DNA of 64,000 nucleotides, from the NCBI GenBank assembly GCA_976551045.1, contig CDPCPM010000043.1, positions 1,240,001 to 1,304,000 on the forward strand, given 5' to 3'. Every line of letters starts with the position of its first letter. Position 1 is the stretch's first letter. The notes below the pieces were generated by a model. That model was not told the DNA's origin and made no database searches. It was given only the letters and a program-made list of their open reading frames with translations. Positions 13,691 through 25,950 of the stretch are shown one piece after another. This DNA comes from Glaucostegus cemiculus (Eukaryota). The position numbers and the translations under genes are program-made.

Positions 13691-16600
13691 TGTGAGAATC
13701 TAACATTCCACACAATGTACAATGTATTTGATAACTCCCATTAGAATTTCATAATGGATTTAGTGTCCAACTGCTAATATGCAAAAATAGTGTGTTATTG
13801 AACTATCTCATAATGGATTGTCCTGTTTCTTCAATGGTCTTGTTCTGAGCTTTGCAGTTTCTAAATGTCAAAGTATTGCAAGGATGGTAATATGAGCCTT
13901 TTACAGGATCCAATGGCAGTGATTTGTATCACTAGATTAGCAGCGCTGCCAATATCATCACTCTCTCTCCTAAATGAGACCATTAAGGGATTTGAAATGG
14001 CCTTTAGCCAATCTAGTTTCCGTGTTACCCAGCTATTGACCTTGTTGTGGGCACAGCATTATCTTCCCACCCTATGGCTCCTTCTCGGGGTAGGGACAGC
14101 AAACTCACATCACTAACAGTGAGGATCCACCACTCACTCTCTTGATCTCTGACCATGGCTTTTATTTTCATCAAGTCTTATGGCTTGCATGGGAATGTAT
14201 ATATTAGGTGTTCAGGCAAAGTATGCAGATGGGCCAATTTAATAGATTTGCTATTTAAGTCATTTTAAAGTTGTTTTGTTTGAAATTTTGATACCACCAC
14301 TAACTCTGAGAGGGTTGTTACTGTGGCTTATAAAATGTCTCTGATAGTCTTTTCAATTTACAATGTGAAAATATATATCGCACACAGTTGCAAATAAATT
14401 CCCACCATTTCCATAAATATGGGAACATTTAGCCCTTTTCTAATTTGTTGTACATTGATGATATTTCAAAATAAATCATTGTGAGAAAGTGCTTAGAGAG
14501 CTTTATTTAGTTATGCAAAGGAGCAGAACTCTTATTGACAATTGGTTTTATTAGCTGAAGTTGCCTTTTCTTTGTCTGGAACTTATGATTAATTTCCAGA
14601 GGGGAACAATTTCATTTTGCTTTCAATACACTTGGAAAGTAGTGGCACCAGATTTCAAGATTCAGATAGCAGAACAGTTCTTGTTCGTTGTGCTATAATA
14701 TCCCTGAAGTATAATCATTCCATCTTTGTTATTGTAACTGATTCTGTTTAAGGTGAGGTTTGATCATGATAAATAGCAAGCAAGTGAGGCATCTATTCGG
14801 GGTTTAACTAATTTCCAGCCTGAACCTTCAGTGATGTTGTAGGGCTGCAGTGATGTTGTAACAAATATTTTTCTTATTTGCTGTTTCACACACCCATGGA
14901 GCTCTCCTGCCATGCCCATGGCCAAATACAAAAGATGTGAACAGGCAGCGCTGTTCCATCTCTGCAGATTTGGAGAGTTGTTATTGGAGCCAGTGCATCA
15001 TGGTTACTCTTTGGTGAAGCCATTAAGAACATATGGCGTGATGCAGAAGTGGAGTGGATAGTACCGGTCTTGTTGGTCACAGGTCTCTTACTTAACTACC
15101 ATCCACTCAGAAACTGATAGCTCAGAGGTGCCTTGTAATTTGCAAAAGCAGATGGATGAAACAGCACAAAGACATTGGCGAGCCCAGAAGATTTGCTTTA
15201 GTAGCTGATGAAAATCACAGAGACAGAAAAGAGCAAGAAGTTTCAGCAAAATCTAAAGCTAGGAGGTTGCAGACAAAGAGTTGGAGGAAGACCTAACCCA
15301 GATTGCTCAACTGCATCTCAAGGTGGCTGGATTCAAAGTGACAAATCACCTGTCTGGCCTCTCAGCTACAAGCGATGAATCATGTGGTTAGGCCAGCAAA
15401 GGAAAAGGAGAGAAGTTGTCTGAAAGGAGCAGTATTTAATCTTCCAACAAAACAGTCATTCCAGTGTTATTTTCAGATTACAGGACCAGGGAACTCCCAC
15501 CCTGTGTCATTAGAAGAGAATTATGTGCTGTTATTCAGAGTTTCCTTATTCCCTTAAACATATGCATTCAACTATCAAAATTGGCTGGGAACACTTGGCT
15601 GAATGTATTGGCTCATTGAACAGCCTGCTAATTCAATTCATCTTCTGCCAAGCATCCATAGCCACATAGCCCATTGATATTGCTAACAACATCTCCTGAA
15701 ACATCACGCAGACTTCCTGTGGGTGTGGAGAACGTGAGATGGCCTCAGATGCCATTTGGTCAACATGATCATAACTCTGTGGTTGATCATCCAATCTGGT
15801 GCCCTAAGGCAAAACCAGAGTACAGCAGCCAATGTGCAGAGGAACAGAAAAAGCAAAGAACTCACTAAATGCACTGAAAAACACTGAAACCATTCCTGAA
15901 TATTTTATTTGATGTCAATTTTATGTCAATTTCGATTTGTAAACTTGTGTTCTCTCAATTAAGTTGAGAGCTCGATCTCACATTGTATAATATACTACAG
16001 AATTAAGGTTTGTTCGACATTTGCTTTCAGATGACAGGTCAGTTACTTTGAAGTTTGAAGTTTGCAAAAAAGTAACTTTCTCTCCTCTTCTGCACATCCA
16101 GTGAAGTTGCTGCATTAGCATAGATGTGGCATACAAAATTAGATTTCCTTAATTGGAAAAATATCTGGAAAGCATTACCATTTGTGCAATTGGAAAGTAC
16201 AATTCTGTAAATTCAAACAGAGAATATCAGATCTGGACAGCAATTCCATCAGCATCTGAAATGGAAAGATAAGTTAACACTTTGAGTCTGGCCCTTTCTA
16301 AAGTGGAATTCTGCTGAATTTCCCTCTCACAACAGAACCATATCTTTCTTACAAAGAATATTGTTAATTTTTTATGTTCTTGTTGCTTCCAGATTTTATT
16401 TATGATTAACAGCTTTTGTGTTGTTTTTCTTTTGATCTCTGGAGGTCTTTTTTTTCTATTTTAAAAGCTTTCTATGTCCTCTTTTTACAGAATGAACATT
16501 GTAAACCTTATTCCAAAATGTTATAGTGTTTTCAAAGTCATCCTTGGTACATGTCTGTAATTACAATTAGTGTAAGAGAAGTGGTTCACAGAATTCCACT

Positions 16601-16984
16601 AACTTTATGAAAAATTGCCTAGCCTACAACTAAGCCTGAAATATGTTTGGTTGTAACTCTAAAAGGAACAGTGTCAACCTGGAACTAATTTATATTTTAT
16701 CCAATGGATCAGAGTGAGTTTACACACTTTTCTTTGTATCAGGAATCAGAATTCTTAATCGCACAGAAGGAAGTCATTCAATCCATTAAGTATATGCCAT
16801 TTCTCTGACCAATCCCATTTGTAAACCATTTAAAAATAAATCTAGTGTTTAGTAAAATTTAGAATAACAAGGTGAGTGTAACTTTGCAAAAAGTGACCAA
16901 TTTTAACTAATCTGATGAATATGGTGTTTAAATGAGTTTATCAGACAAATCATGTGAAACCTTAGAAGGTGCAGCAGATTCACA

Positions 16985-19220
16985 CAGGACACACTGCCGG
17001 GGGTGGTGGCAGAGGCTGATACAATAGGGATATTTAAGATACTCTTAGATAGGCACATGGATGGAAGAAAAATGGAGGGAAGGCTTAGATTGATTGTGAA
17101 GTAGGGTTATAGTTATGGTTTATTATTGTCACTTGTGCTGAGGTACAGTGAAAAGCTTGTCTTACAAACCGATCGTGCAAGTCAATTCATTATACAGTGC
17201 AGTTACATTGAGTTAGTACAAAGTGCATTAATGTAGTACAGGCAAAAACAGTAACAGTACAGAGTAAAGGGTCACGGCTACAGAGAAAGTGCAGTGCAAT
17301 AAGGTACAAAGTCACAACAAGGTAGATCATGAGGTCATAGTCCATCTCATTGTATTAAGGAACCGTTCAATAGTCTTATCACAGTGGGGAAGATGTCCTT
17401 AAGTCTGGTGGTACATGCCCTCAGGCACCTGTATCTTCTACCTAATGGAAGAGGAGAGAAGAGAGAATGTCCTGGGTGAGTGGGGTCTTTGATTATGCTG
17501 GCTGCTACACCAAAACATCGAGACATAAAGACAGAGTCCAAGGAGGGGAGGCTTATGTCCATGATGCACTGGGCTGTGTCCACAACTCTCTGCAGCTTCT
17601 TGCAGTCCTGGACAGAGCAGTTGCTGTACCAAGCCATGATACATCCAGATAGGATGTTTTCTATGGTGCATTGGTAAAAATTGGTGAGAGTCACTGGGGA
17701 CAAACCAAATTTCTTTAGCCTCCTGAGGAAGTAGAGGCACTGGTGAGCTTTCTTGTCCGTGGCATCTACGTGATTTGATCAGGACAGGCTGTTGGTGATG
17801 TTCACACCCAGAAACATGAAGCTCTCAACCCTCTAAACCTTAGCACCATTGATGTAGACTGGTGCATATACACCACCCCCTTTCCTGAAGTCAATGGCCA
17901 ACTCTTTTGTTTTGTTGACATTGAGGGAAAGGTTGTTGTCATGACACCATTCCACTAAGCTCTCTATCTCCTTCCTGTACTCTGACTCATCACTATTGGA
18001 GATACGGCCTACAACAGTGGTATCATTTTCAAACTTGTAGATGGAGTTGGAGCAGAATCTGGACACACAATCATGAGTATATAGGGAGTATACAGAGGGC
18101 TGAGGATGCAGCCCTGTGGGGCACTAGTGTTGAGAATAATCATGCCGGAGGTATTGCTGCCTATCCTCACTGATTGCGGTCTGTTTGTTAGAAAGTCAAG
18201 GATCCAATTACAAAGGGAGGTGTTGAGTCCTAGGTCTCGGAGTTTGGTGACAAGCTTGCTTGGAATTATTGTACTGAAGGCAGAGCTGTAGTCAATCAAA
18301 AATAGTCTAACATATGTGTCTTTACTGTCCAGATGCTTCAGAGCTGAGTGTAGGGCCAGGGAGATGGCATCTGCTATAGACCTGTTTCACCAATAGGTGA
18401 ATTGCAATGGGTCCAGGTTGTCTGGTAGGCTGGAGTTGATGCATGTCATGACCAACCTCTCAAAGCACTTCATGATGGTGGATGTCAGAGCCAATGGTCG
18501 GTAGTCATTGAGCATTGAGGCATGTTACCGTACTGTTCTTTGGTACAGGGGTGATAGTTGTCTTCTTAGAACAGGAGGGAACCTGAGATTGAAGCAGGGA
18601 GAGATTGAATATGTCCGCAAATACTTCTGCCAGCTGATCAGCACAAGATCTGAGCACGTCACCCAGGACACCATCTGAGCCAGATGTTTTCCTCATGTTC
18701 CCTCTCCTGAAGACTGATCTTACGTCCTTCACCATGGTCACAGGTTCAGCTGCATTGGTGGCTGTCAGAGTGGATGGTGACAATCCACTTCCCCTCTGTT
18801 CAAAACGCACATAGAATGCGTTAAGTTCAACAGGAAGGGATGCGCTTTTGCTAGTTATGCAGCCCAACTTCGTCTTGTAGCCTGTTATGGCATGTAAGCC
18901 ATGCCATAACTGGCAACTGGCCAGGGACTCTATTTTGAGTTGGTATTGGCTTTTGGCATCCTTGATAGCTTTCCGAAGGTCATACCTCAATTTCTTCTAC
19001 AGATCAGGATCACCAGATTTGTGTGCAGCAGTCCTCTCCTTCAGTAGGGAGTGGATCTCCCGGTTCATCCATGGTTTCCAGTTTGGGAACACCCACATTG
19101 TCTTCTTTGGTACACAGTCCTCCACACACTTGCTGATAAAGTCTGTGATTTATATAGGTCGGCACAACATTGTGGGCTGAAGGGCTCATTCTGTACTGTA
19201 CTGTTCTATGTTCTATGTTT
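16985..19220 (+). mobile_element. CR1 3'-end fragment (16985-17111 and 19150-19220) split by a Rex1 insertion
   Basis: ggtggtggcagaggctgatacaatagggatatttaag...gtagggttata resumes as ttatataggtcggcacaacattgtgggctgaaggg...(gttctat)n tail. Confidence 0.8.
17112..19149 (-). mobile_element. 5'-truncated Rex1/Babar-clade non-LTR retrotransposon (RT pseudogene)
   Basis: Minus-strand ORF pieces: [48 protein letters not shown]...[51 protein letters not shown]; TTATA flanks on both sides. Confidence 0.92.
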
Positions 19221-19564
19221 ACACAATTACAAGTGAGTTTTGCTTGTCATCTTGCCACTTTAATGGGATTGACTAGCAAAGTTTGCATGTTATGATCTGA
19301 AAAAGTGATCTAATTGAGGGGTTCAGGTAACACGTTGGGTGAAGTTTGAGATTATAAATATAAAACCAACTTGATATGATATTTTTTGTGCTAATACTGG
19401 CTACAAGTGGGAATGAAAGTTCAGTGATTGTATTGTCTCCACGGATAAAAGGTAATAAACCATCACTTTGTTGTGAACTGATAATGAAATGATCTGCAAC
19501 TGATCATAAAGGAAATCACAATGCAAGTTACTAATGTTCTTCCTTTAATGTTTTGTAGCTATAA

Positions 19565-19860
19565 AGGACAGCATGATGGCACAGTAGTTCTCCCTGTGAC
19601 TCTTAGGTTTCCTCCAGGTGCTCCAGTTTCCTCCCACATCCCAACGACACACTGGTGGGTTAATTGGCTGCTGTATATAACCCCATAATGTAGGTTAATG
19701 GCAAAAGTAAGTAAAAGGGAGTTGATGGACATGTGTGAGAGAGAATACATTGAAGGGCCATAGGGAAGTAAGAAGAGGAGGAATGGGATGGCTCTCCTGC
19801 AAACCAGTGTGGAGCTGAGAGTCAGAATGGCCGCCTTCTGTGTTGGTGGAAGTATAAGAT
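19565..19860 (+). mobile_element. Degenerate V-SINE
   Basis: ttctccctgtgactcttaggtttcctccaggtgctccagtttcctcccacatccc V domain, followed by a CR1-like tail (gaatggccgccttctgtg). Confidence 0.65.
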
Positions 19861-20629
19861 ACGTTGTGAATTATCAACAGAATGAATAAACTCAACCCCA
19901 CCTTTTCAAAAACAGCTTTGTGCATACATACTCTGATGAAGTGGCAGTGATTCATTGCAGTTGGCAGGTTTTCAAAATGTGAAATTAGGTGTTTTCCTTT
20001 GAAAAATAATAAATGTTTCAGAGGAATCTCAAACTAAAAGTGTGTTTCTCATTAAAATATTCAAGTCTGAAAGCTGTTTGTGTAATCACTGACTGTTCTC
20101 CATTTGGCCAAGACTGAAGAAATCATAAACTCTTGGCTGATGTGACTGAGGCAGCTGTTTGGTGTATAACGGCGCTGGAGTCATCTTTCAACACAATTCA
20201 TTAAAAAAATGTAGCCTTTCGTCTGAAATCTCCAGTACTTCATGGGGCAAAAATTCAACAACTCCACCCAACCTTTAGCCCATTTTTTTCAACATGTATT
20301 TTTTCTCTTTTCACTGCAAGTGTCATTTGCACCGCCCCACAACTGTATCAAACTTCATTTATTTAAAATGTGTAACATACCCACCATTTGATATCTTATC
20401 ATTGGTCAACCATGCTAGCCAGCAGCTTTAGAAGGCTCCCTCATTTTACAGATGATTTCCTTTGAGAATAACTGTACAGGTATACAATACTTGGGAGGAA
20501 ATGGAATGAAAAAGGACTTGTCATATGTGAGGTGAACAGATCAAACGGTGTAACTGAAGGATATCCAGCACATCAAAATTAAAGGAAAAGGATGGTAGTT
20601 CCATTCACCACCTCATGTCATCCACTGCA

Positions 20630-20775
20630 ATGAATTTCTTTTGAAGTGTAGTCACTATTGGAATATTGGAAACAGTGCAGTCAGTTTACACACAAGTTCT
20701 TACACACTGCAGATGTCAATGGTTGCATAATCTACTCTGCCAGTGTTAAATAAGGAAGGAATATTGGTCAGAGTA
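20630..20775 (-). mobile_element. DeuSINE 3' fragment
   Basis: ttttgaagtgtagtcactattggaatattggaaacagtgcagtcagtttacacaca is the reverse complement of the Deu 3' half. Confidence 0.55.
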
Positions 20776-23700
20776 AAAGCACATACCAATTGGTATTCCC
20801 TCAGAGCTACCCATGTTCTAGCACTTAACCACTGATGTGATCGTGACAACCCAAATAAGGACAGAGAAGGATAAATCAACCCAATGCTATTCTTCAGAGC
20901 CAGCCAGTGATTGGTTTACAGAGACATCCTGGCAAAAGTACAAGGGTGGGATAAGTAAATTCAGTTTTACCAACACTTTAGAAGGAAGAAGTATTTAAAT
21001 AATACTACACAAACAAAATTTTTAATCATTGATATGTCTTATAGATCAGAAAAAAATAAATTTAATGAGGTGGAAAAATTCACAGTGTTTAGATAGGTTC
21101 CTGTGATTATACAAGGCCGCTAATCAAGAGTAGCATATTTAGATTATATTAGTAATTATATCTACCTTGTGTATTATTTTCTTTTAAGCCAGCAGCTTAA
21201 TCTAATTCCAGGGTATTGGGCTTATTTAAAATAGATGATCCACTTCAGCCTGATGACAGATCATTCCTAAACCTGCAGCCACCTGTCACAGTCACCAAGC
21301 CATCAATTCAGTGTTTTAATGTAAATATAATGATAGCTGAAATGAAAACCAGGTGTAACATCTCCATACAAACGTTTACTCTTCTCTGGAAGAAGACTGG
21401 CTCCTGACTTGCTACTAAAAACAAATCAGTAGGAAAATCATTGCAGACATACAGTATAAATAAACAAAAGGACTGCTTTGTGAAACACAAGCCCAAAGAT
21501 CCCAGAACTCCCATCTCAAATGGTATCTAACGTTTCTGGTTGGATGTTCTCCCAGTCTAAGCCTTTATTTGTGCCAAATCAGATGAGACATGCAATTCAT
21601 CCAACCATCAGAGAGTTTACCGTACCAACACTTCAAGAAGATGAATTTCCCTTTTAAGAGACCACTGGTACGATGGTTGGAAATGTTGCAGACTACTGAG
21701 AACAATCAAGCTTTGTGGACTTGTTTTTCACTTTAAAAATAAAATGTTGGAGCAGAGATATATTAATGGATCACTGACCACGTTCCTTCACATCCTTCTG
21801 TCTGAAAACTTTGTACATTGCCTGTGGCCCAAAATATACAAAGAGAATGTAAACTTCCCACTGTGATTAGGTAAGTAGAATACTCTTTTCTTCCCTTGTC
21901 TTGCAGTTAGCCTTGCCAGGCCATCCTGAAACATTCTTTTTCCAGTTTAATCAGGTACTAGGTGCTGCCTCTTCATTGCCCAGTGACAATGTCCTGCACC
22001 CAACTTTGTGTTCCAGCCCACCATCATTGAGTGGTCGTCATCTACCAGTTTCAAATTTACTCAGACAAAAAGTATGAAGCCCTGATGTTAAAGCCCTTGG
22101 CTTCACTCCTGACTCTGTGTATAGGATGATTACTGATCGTTTTGGCCATTACCTGCTTGACTCCCACTCCATGTGAAGCTCAGGACTAAAGTGTTTTACA
22201 GAAAATGTTGAGGAGCCTCAGTTTTTACACTGTAGCTCTCAATATTGCAAACATCTATTTCTTGCCTCTCATTTTTATGGCATTTGCCCCTCTCAAGTGT
22301 TTTCCTTCCACTGGACAAAAGGGATCTTGAGACCCAAGAGCCATTCTTTGTTTCCTGACCCAGTAACCTGATGCTGAAGAACAAACAGCAAATGGTGTGT
22401 TCTCTTCTCCTGAGGATGTTTCTTTTGATCTGGGCAGCCACTGAATCCAAAGCCTAACAGGGAACTGAGAGAATGAACCCTGTGTGCCAAACGTGTTGAG
22501 GGGGCAGGCAGCTCAATGTTGAGACCAACAGCATTGAAATTGAGGTTCCTCAGCACTTTGTAAAGAACTTTGAAAGCCAAAGAAAATTGATGAAATCCCA
22601 AAGTCCAACCCAAACGTTTTCTGTGCACTTTCAATTTATTTGATGTTAATCTCCTGTGAGTGTTAAGAGAGTCAAATCTATAATTCCACAGCTTTAGATT
22701 CAAGTTGGCTGCATGAAACATTTCAGGAAATGGAAACAAGTCTGATCTATTTCTCACAATTATCCACTCTAACTATTTGTTTTCACAATTCACTGGTGTT
22801 GTGTTGAAAACCTAACAGCTGAACAACACGTTCACCCTGCTCAATAGGGGAAGGCAGAACCATCATTCTCAATAGCTTCCACAAGACCACATTACATCTT
22901 ACTGGAGATTTATGTAGCCTGTCGGGTCTGTGAAAGAGAATAGTAAATGTATCACCCTTGCTGAGAATGTGAATACACTGCAGCTGGATTTTATATGGCC
23001 TCTGAAAATATTAATTAGATGTTTCTCCTTGCTCTTTTACCCCTAGAATTTCATTTCAAGACCAAGTACCTGTTTGAAGATCTTAGTTTTAAATACTTCT
23101 GTTCACTTGTTTGAATATTTTTGAGTGAATGAATGCTGATGTGATCAGTGACTGTCATTAACTTGAAGACCCTGTGAATGAGAAGGACTGGAATTAGCAT
23201 GCACCATCGCAACAGCAGTGTTGCTTAAGTCATTAAAATTAATAAATGCATGTATATGAATTTATCTGGCTTGCATGGATAGGACCCGTCTCAGCTAGAT
23301 CTTTTGAGAATATGAGCAAATTGACAAAGGTCTTGTCAATGTATAATTGAGGTGTCAGTGTGGAATATTCCCTTTGGCATCAATTCTTCATTTATGATTT
23401 AAATGTAACTACGGTCCGAGTTCAGCTACTGAATCAAAATAGGAACTTCTTAAGGAAAAACTTCAACCTGACGTGCTTCAGTCAGTTCAGCCCACACCCA
23501 GTTCACCAGTTTACCACTTATGTCAGCAAAAAGCTGTCAAACTTGTGACCCCTTCAAGGTTACTTGTATAGGAGAGTCAAAAAGGTCATGTCCATGGTTT
23601 ATTACTGAATCTTAAAATAGATAACAACAATAACCAAGTAAAAGCTAGTAAGATCTATTGAATCTCGAAAAACCTTCACTGATTTGATGCCAAGCCACCT

Positions 23701-23979
23701 GTGGTGATATTAGATCAACTTTTTCATAGAGCTGGATTTTAAGGATCATCTTAAAGGAGAAAAGAGAGGTGGAAACAGAAACATTTTAATGAGTGGAATG
23801 TTGTTGGGCTGGAAATGATAGAATTAGCAAATGGAGAGGCTTTAGGTGGGTTTGAAAATGGTTAAAAGTTTTAAAATCAAAGCATTGCCTAACCCTGATC
23901 AAATAAACGTCAGTGAACAAGTTTACAGAGGATAGAAGGAGAAAGGCTGGCTAGAAGTCTATATTGTAACGTGAAGTGA

Positions 23980-24560
23980 AGGTGGAGATAATGGAAGAGC
24001 TTTCTATTATCTTCTAATTTTTCCTAGATACTGGGGAAATTGCCAAAGCATTGAAAGTGACAAATGTGACATCCTTGTTCAAGAAAAAGTTTATAGGTAT
24101 TCCATGCAATTACAGGACAGTCTGCCTAACTTTCACGTTAGATAAAGTTCTAGGAACAATAATGCTAGAAGTTAACAAGCATTTGAGTTAATTGAGAAGA
24201 GTGAGCACAGAGTTGTAAAGGGCAGATCACATTTGGCTAACCTAATTGAGCCTTTTGACAGAGAAGCTTGAAGGAAATGCAATGGATTTTTCTAAATGGA
24301 TTTTAGGAAACCATTTAACAAAGTACAACATAATGGAGGTTAACAAAATGGAGGCCCATGGAATTGGAGTGTTAGTGTCTATTGTAGGCTTGGTTAAAAA
24401 AGAATTAGCTTAAGAACAGAAAGCAACAAACTGTGCTAAATTTAGTGGCATTCCCCAAAATTCAGTGGTAGGATTGTGGTTTTGCTTACATATATAAAAT
24501 TACTTGGATATTGGAATTCAGAATAAAACTTCAAAATTTGCCAATGATACCAAACTTATG
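23980..24560 (+). mobile_element. Degenerate CR1 RT fragment
   Basis: gaaagtgacaaatgtgacatccttgttcaagaaa (KVTNVTSLFKK); aattacaggacagtctgcctaact (NYRTVCLT); aaatttgccaatgataccaaact (KFANDTKL). Confidence 0.7.
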
Positions 24561-25089
24561 GCAAAGAATCAATGTACCAAATGACCTCTTTCGGGGGCAG
24601 GGGTTGTGGGTGAGGGAGTACTTTAGAAGAAGTTTGATTGTAGGAAGGGAGGGAGGTGGCAGAGGCAGCTGAATGGATGGTGTTTGAAAGAAAGAGTAAA
24701 CCTTTAGCACAAGTTAACCACAAGATTATAGATCACATTATTCTGGGCATTCCTTTAAAGAGTAATATTTCACAAGAAGTGTTTAGAGTGAGCTAGAATT
24801 AGTCCCTTGGCAGTGTGCTGCTCTTGAAATCAGCATTACCAGATTCAGAGATGATGTACTGCATGTAGTTTCTTTCATTATTGCAAGATATTGGGAATAA
24901 ATTCTCATGATCCTCAAAGGCTAACCTATTTTTATTAAACTGAACTGAATTCATATCCCTAAAATGCCGAAAATAACATTTGCAGTTTCCATAAACGTGA
25001 CACACACGGTTCAGCAAATCCTCATAATATAATAGACTGAAGCAGTTAGATTGCAGTATGTCAAATGGGATATGTATAACTTGCCAGGT

Positions 25090-25950
25090 CATAGAATCAT
25101 AGAGTAATAGACCAAGAAAACAGACTCTTCGGCCCAACTCATCCATGCTGATCAAGATACCCACCTAAGCGATTCCTGTTTGACCCATATCTCTCCAAAC
25201 CTTTCCTATCCATGTTCTTGTCCAACTGGCTTTTACATTTTGTAATTATACCTGCCTCAACCACTTCCTCTGACAGCTCATTCCATATACGTGCCACCCT
25301 CTGTGTGGAAAACCTTGCCCCTTAGATTCCTGTAACATCTTTCCCCTCTCACCTTAAATCTATGCCCTCCAGTTCTTGATTCCCCAACCCTGGGATATAG
25401 TCTATTTGCATCCTATCTATGCCCCTCACGATTCTAAGACCTTCATGATTTTATACACTTCTATAAGATCACGTCTCAGTCTCTTACACTCTGAGGAATA
25501 AAGTCCTAGCCTGTCCAACCTCTCCCTATAAGTCAAATCATCGAGTTCTAACAACATCCTTGTAAATGGGGATGGCACGGTAGCATAGTGGTTAGCACAT
25601 TGCTTTACAGCGCCAGCAACCCGGGTTCAAATCCGGCTGCTGTCTGTAAGAAGTTTGTACATTCTCCCCGTGTCAGTATGGGTTTCCTCCCACTTTCCAA
25701 AGATGTACAGGTTCAGAAGTTATGGGCATGCTATGTTGGTGCTGGAAGTGTGGCAACACTTGCGGGCTGCTCCCCAAAGTCACTACGCAAAAAGATGTAT
25801 TTCACTGTGTGTTTCGATGTATATGTGACTAAGAAAGATCTTATCTTATCTAAATCTTTTCTGAACTCTTTCTAGCATAGTGGCATCTTTTCTAATGCAG
25901 GGTGAGCAAAACTAAACACAATACTCTAGGTGCAGCCTCATCAATGTCTT
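25090..25950 (-). mobile_element. CR1 LINE 3' portion interrupted by a V-SINE
   Basis: catagaatcatagag tail, ttcggcccaactcatccatgctg, cttcccctctcaccttaaatctatgccc, aactaaacacaatactc. Confidence 0.85.
25568..25850 (+). mobile_element. V-SINE (HE1-like head) with TAAAT target-site duplication
   Basis: ggcacggtagcatagtggttagc...ccgggttcaaatccggc...gtttgtacattctccccgtg; (atctt)n tail; TAAAT at 25563-25567 and 25851-25855. Confidence 0.88.

Noticed and set aside
21840-21876. Strong donor-like ag|gtaagt as the missing first coding exon
   Set aside because: The upstream sequence does not encode a SEMA3C-like signal peptide.
22293-22757. 154-aa minus-strand ORF
   Set aside because: It has a non-ATG start, no recognisable domain and no splice support, so it is likely a chance ORF or decayed repeat.
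25572-25640. tRNA-like sequences here and at ~8020-8085 and ~34541-34610
   Set aside because: They are SINE heads with A/B boxes that continue into V domains, with no complete cloverleaf.
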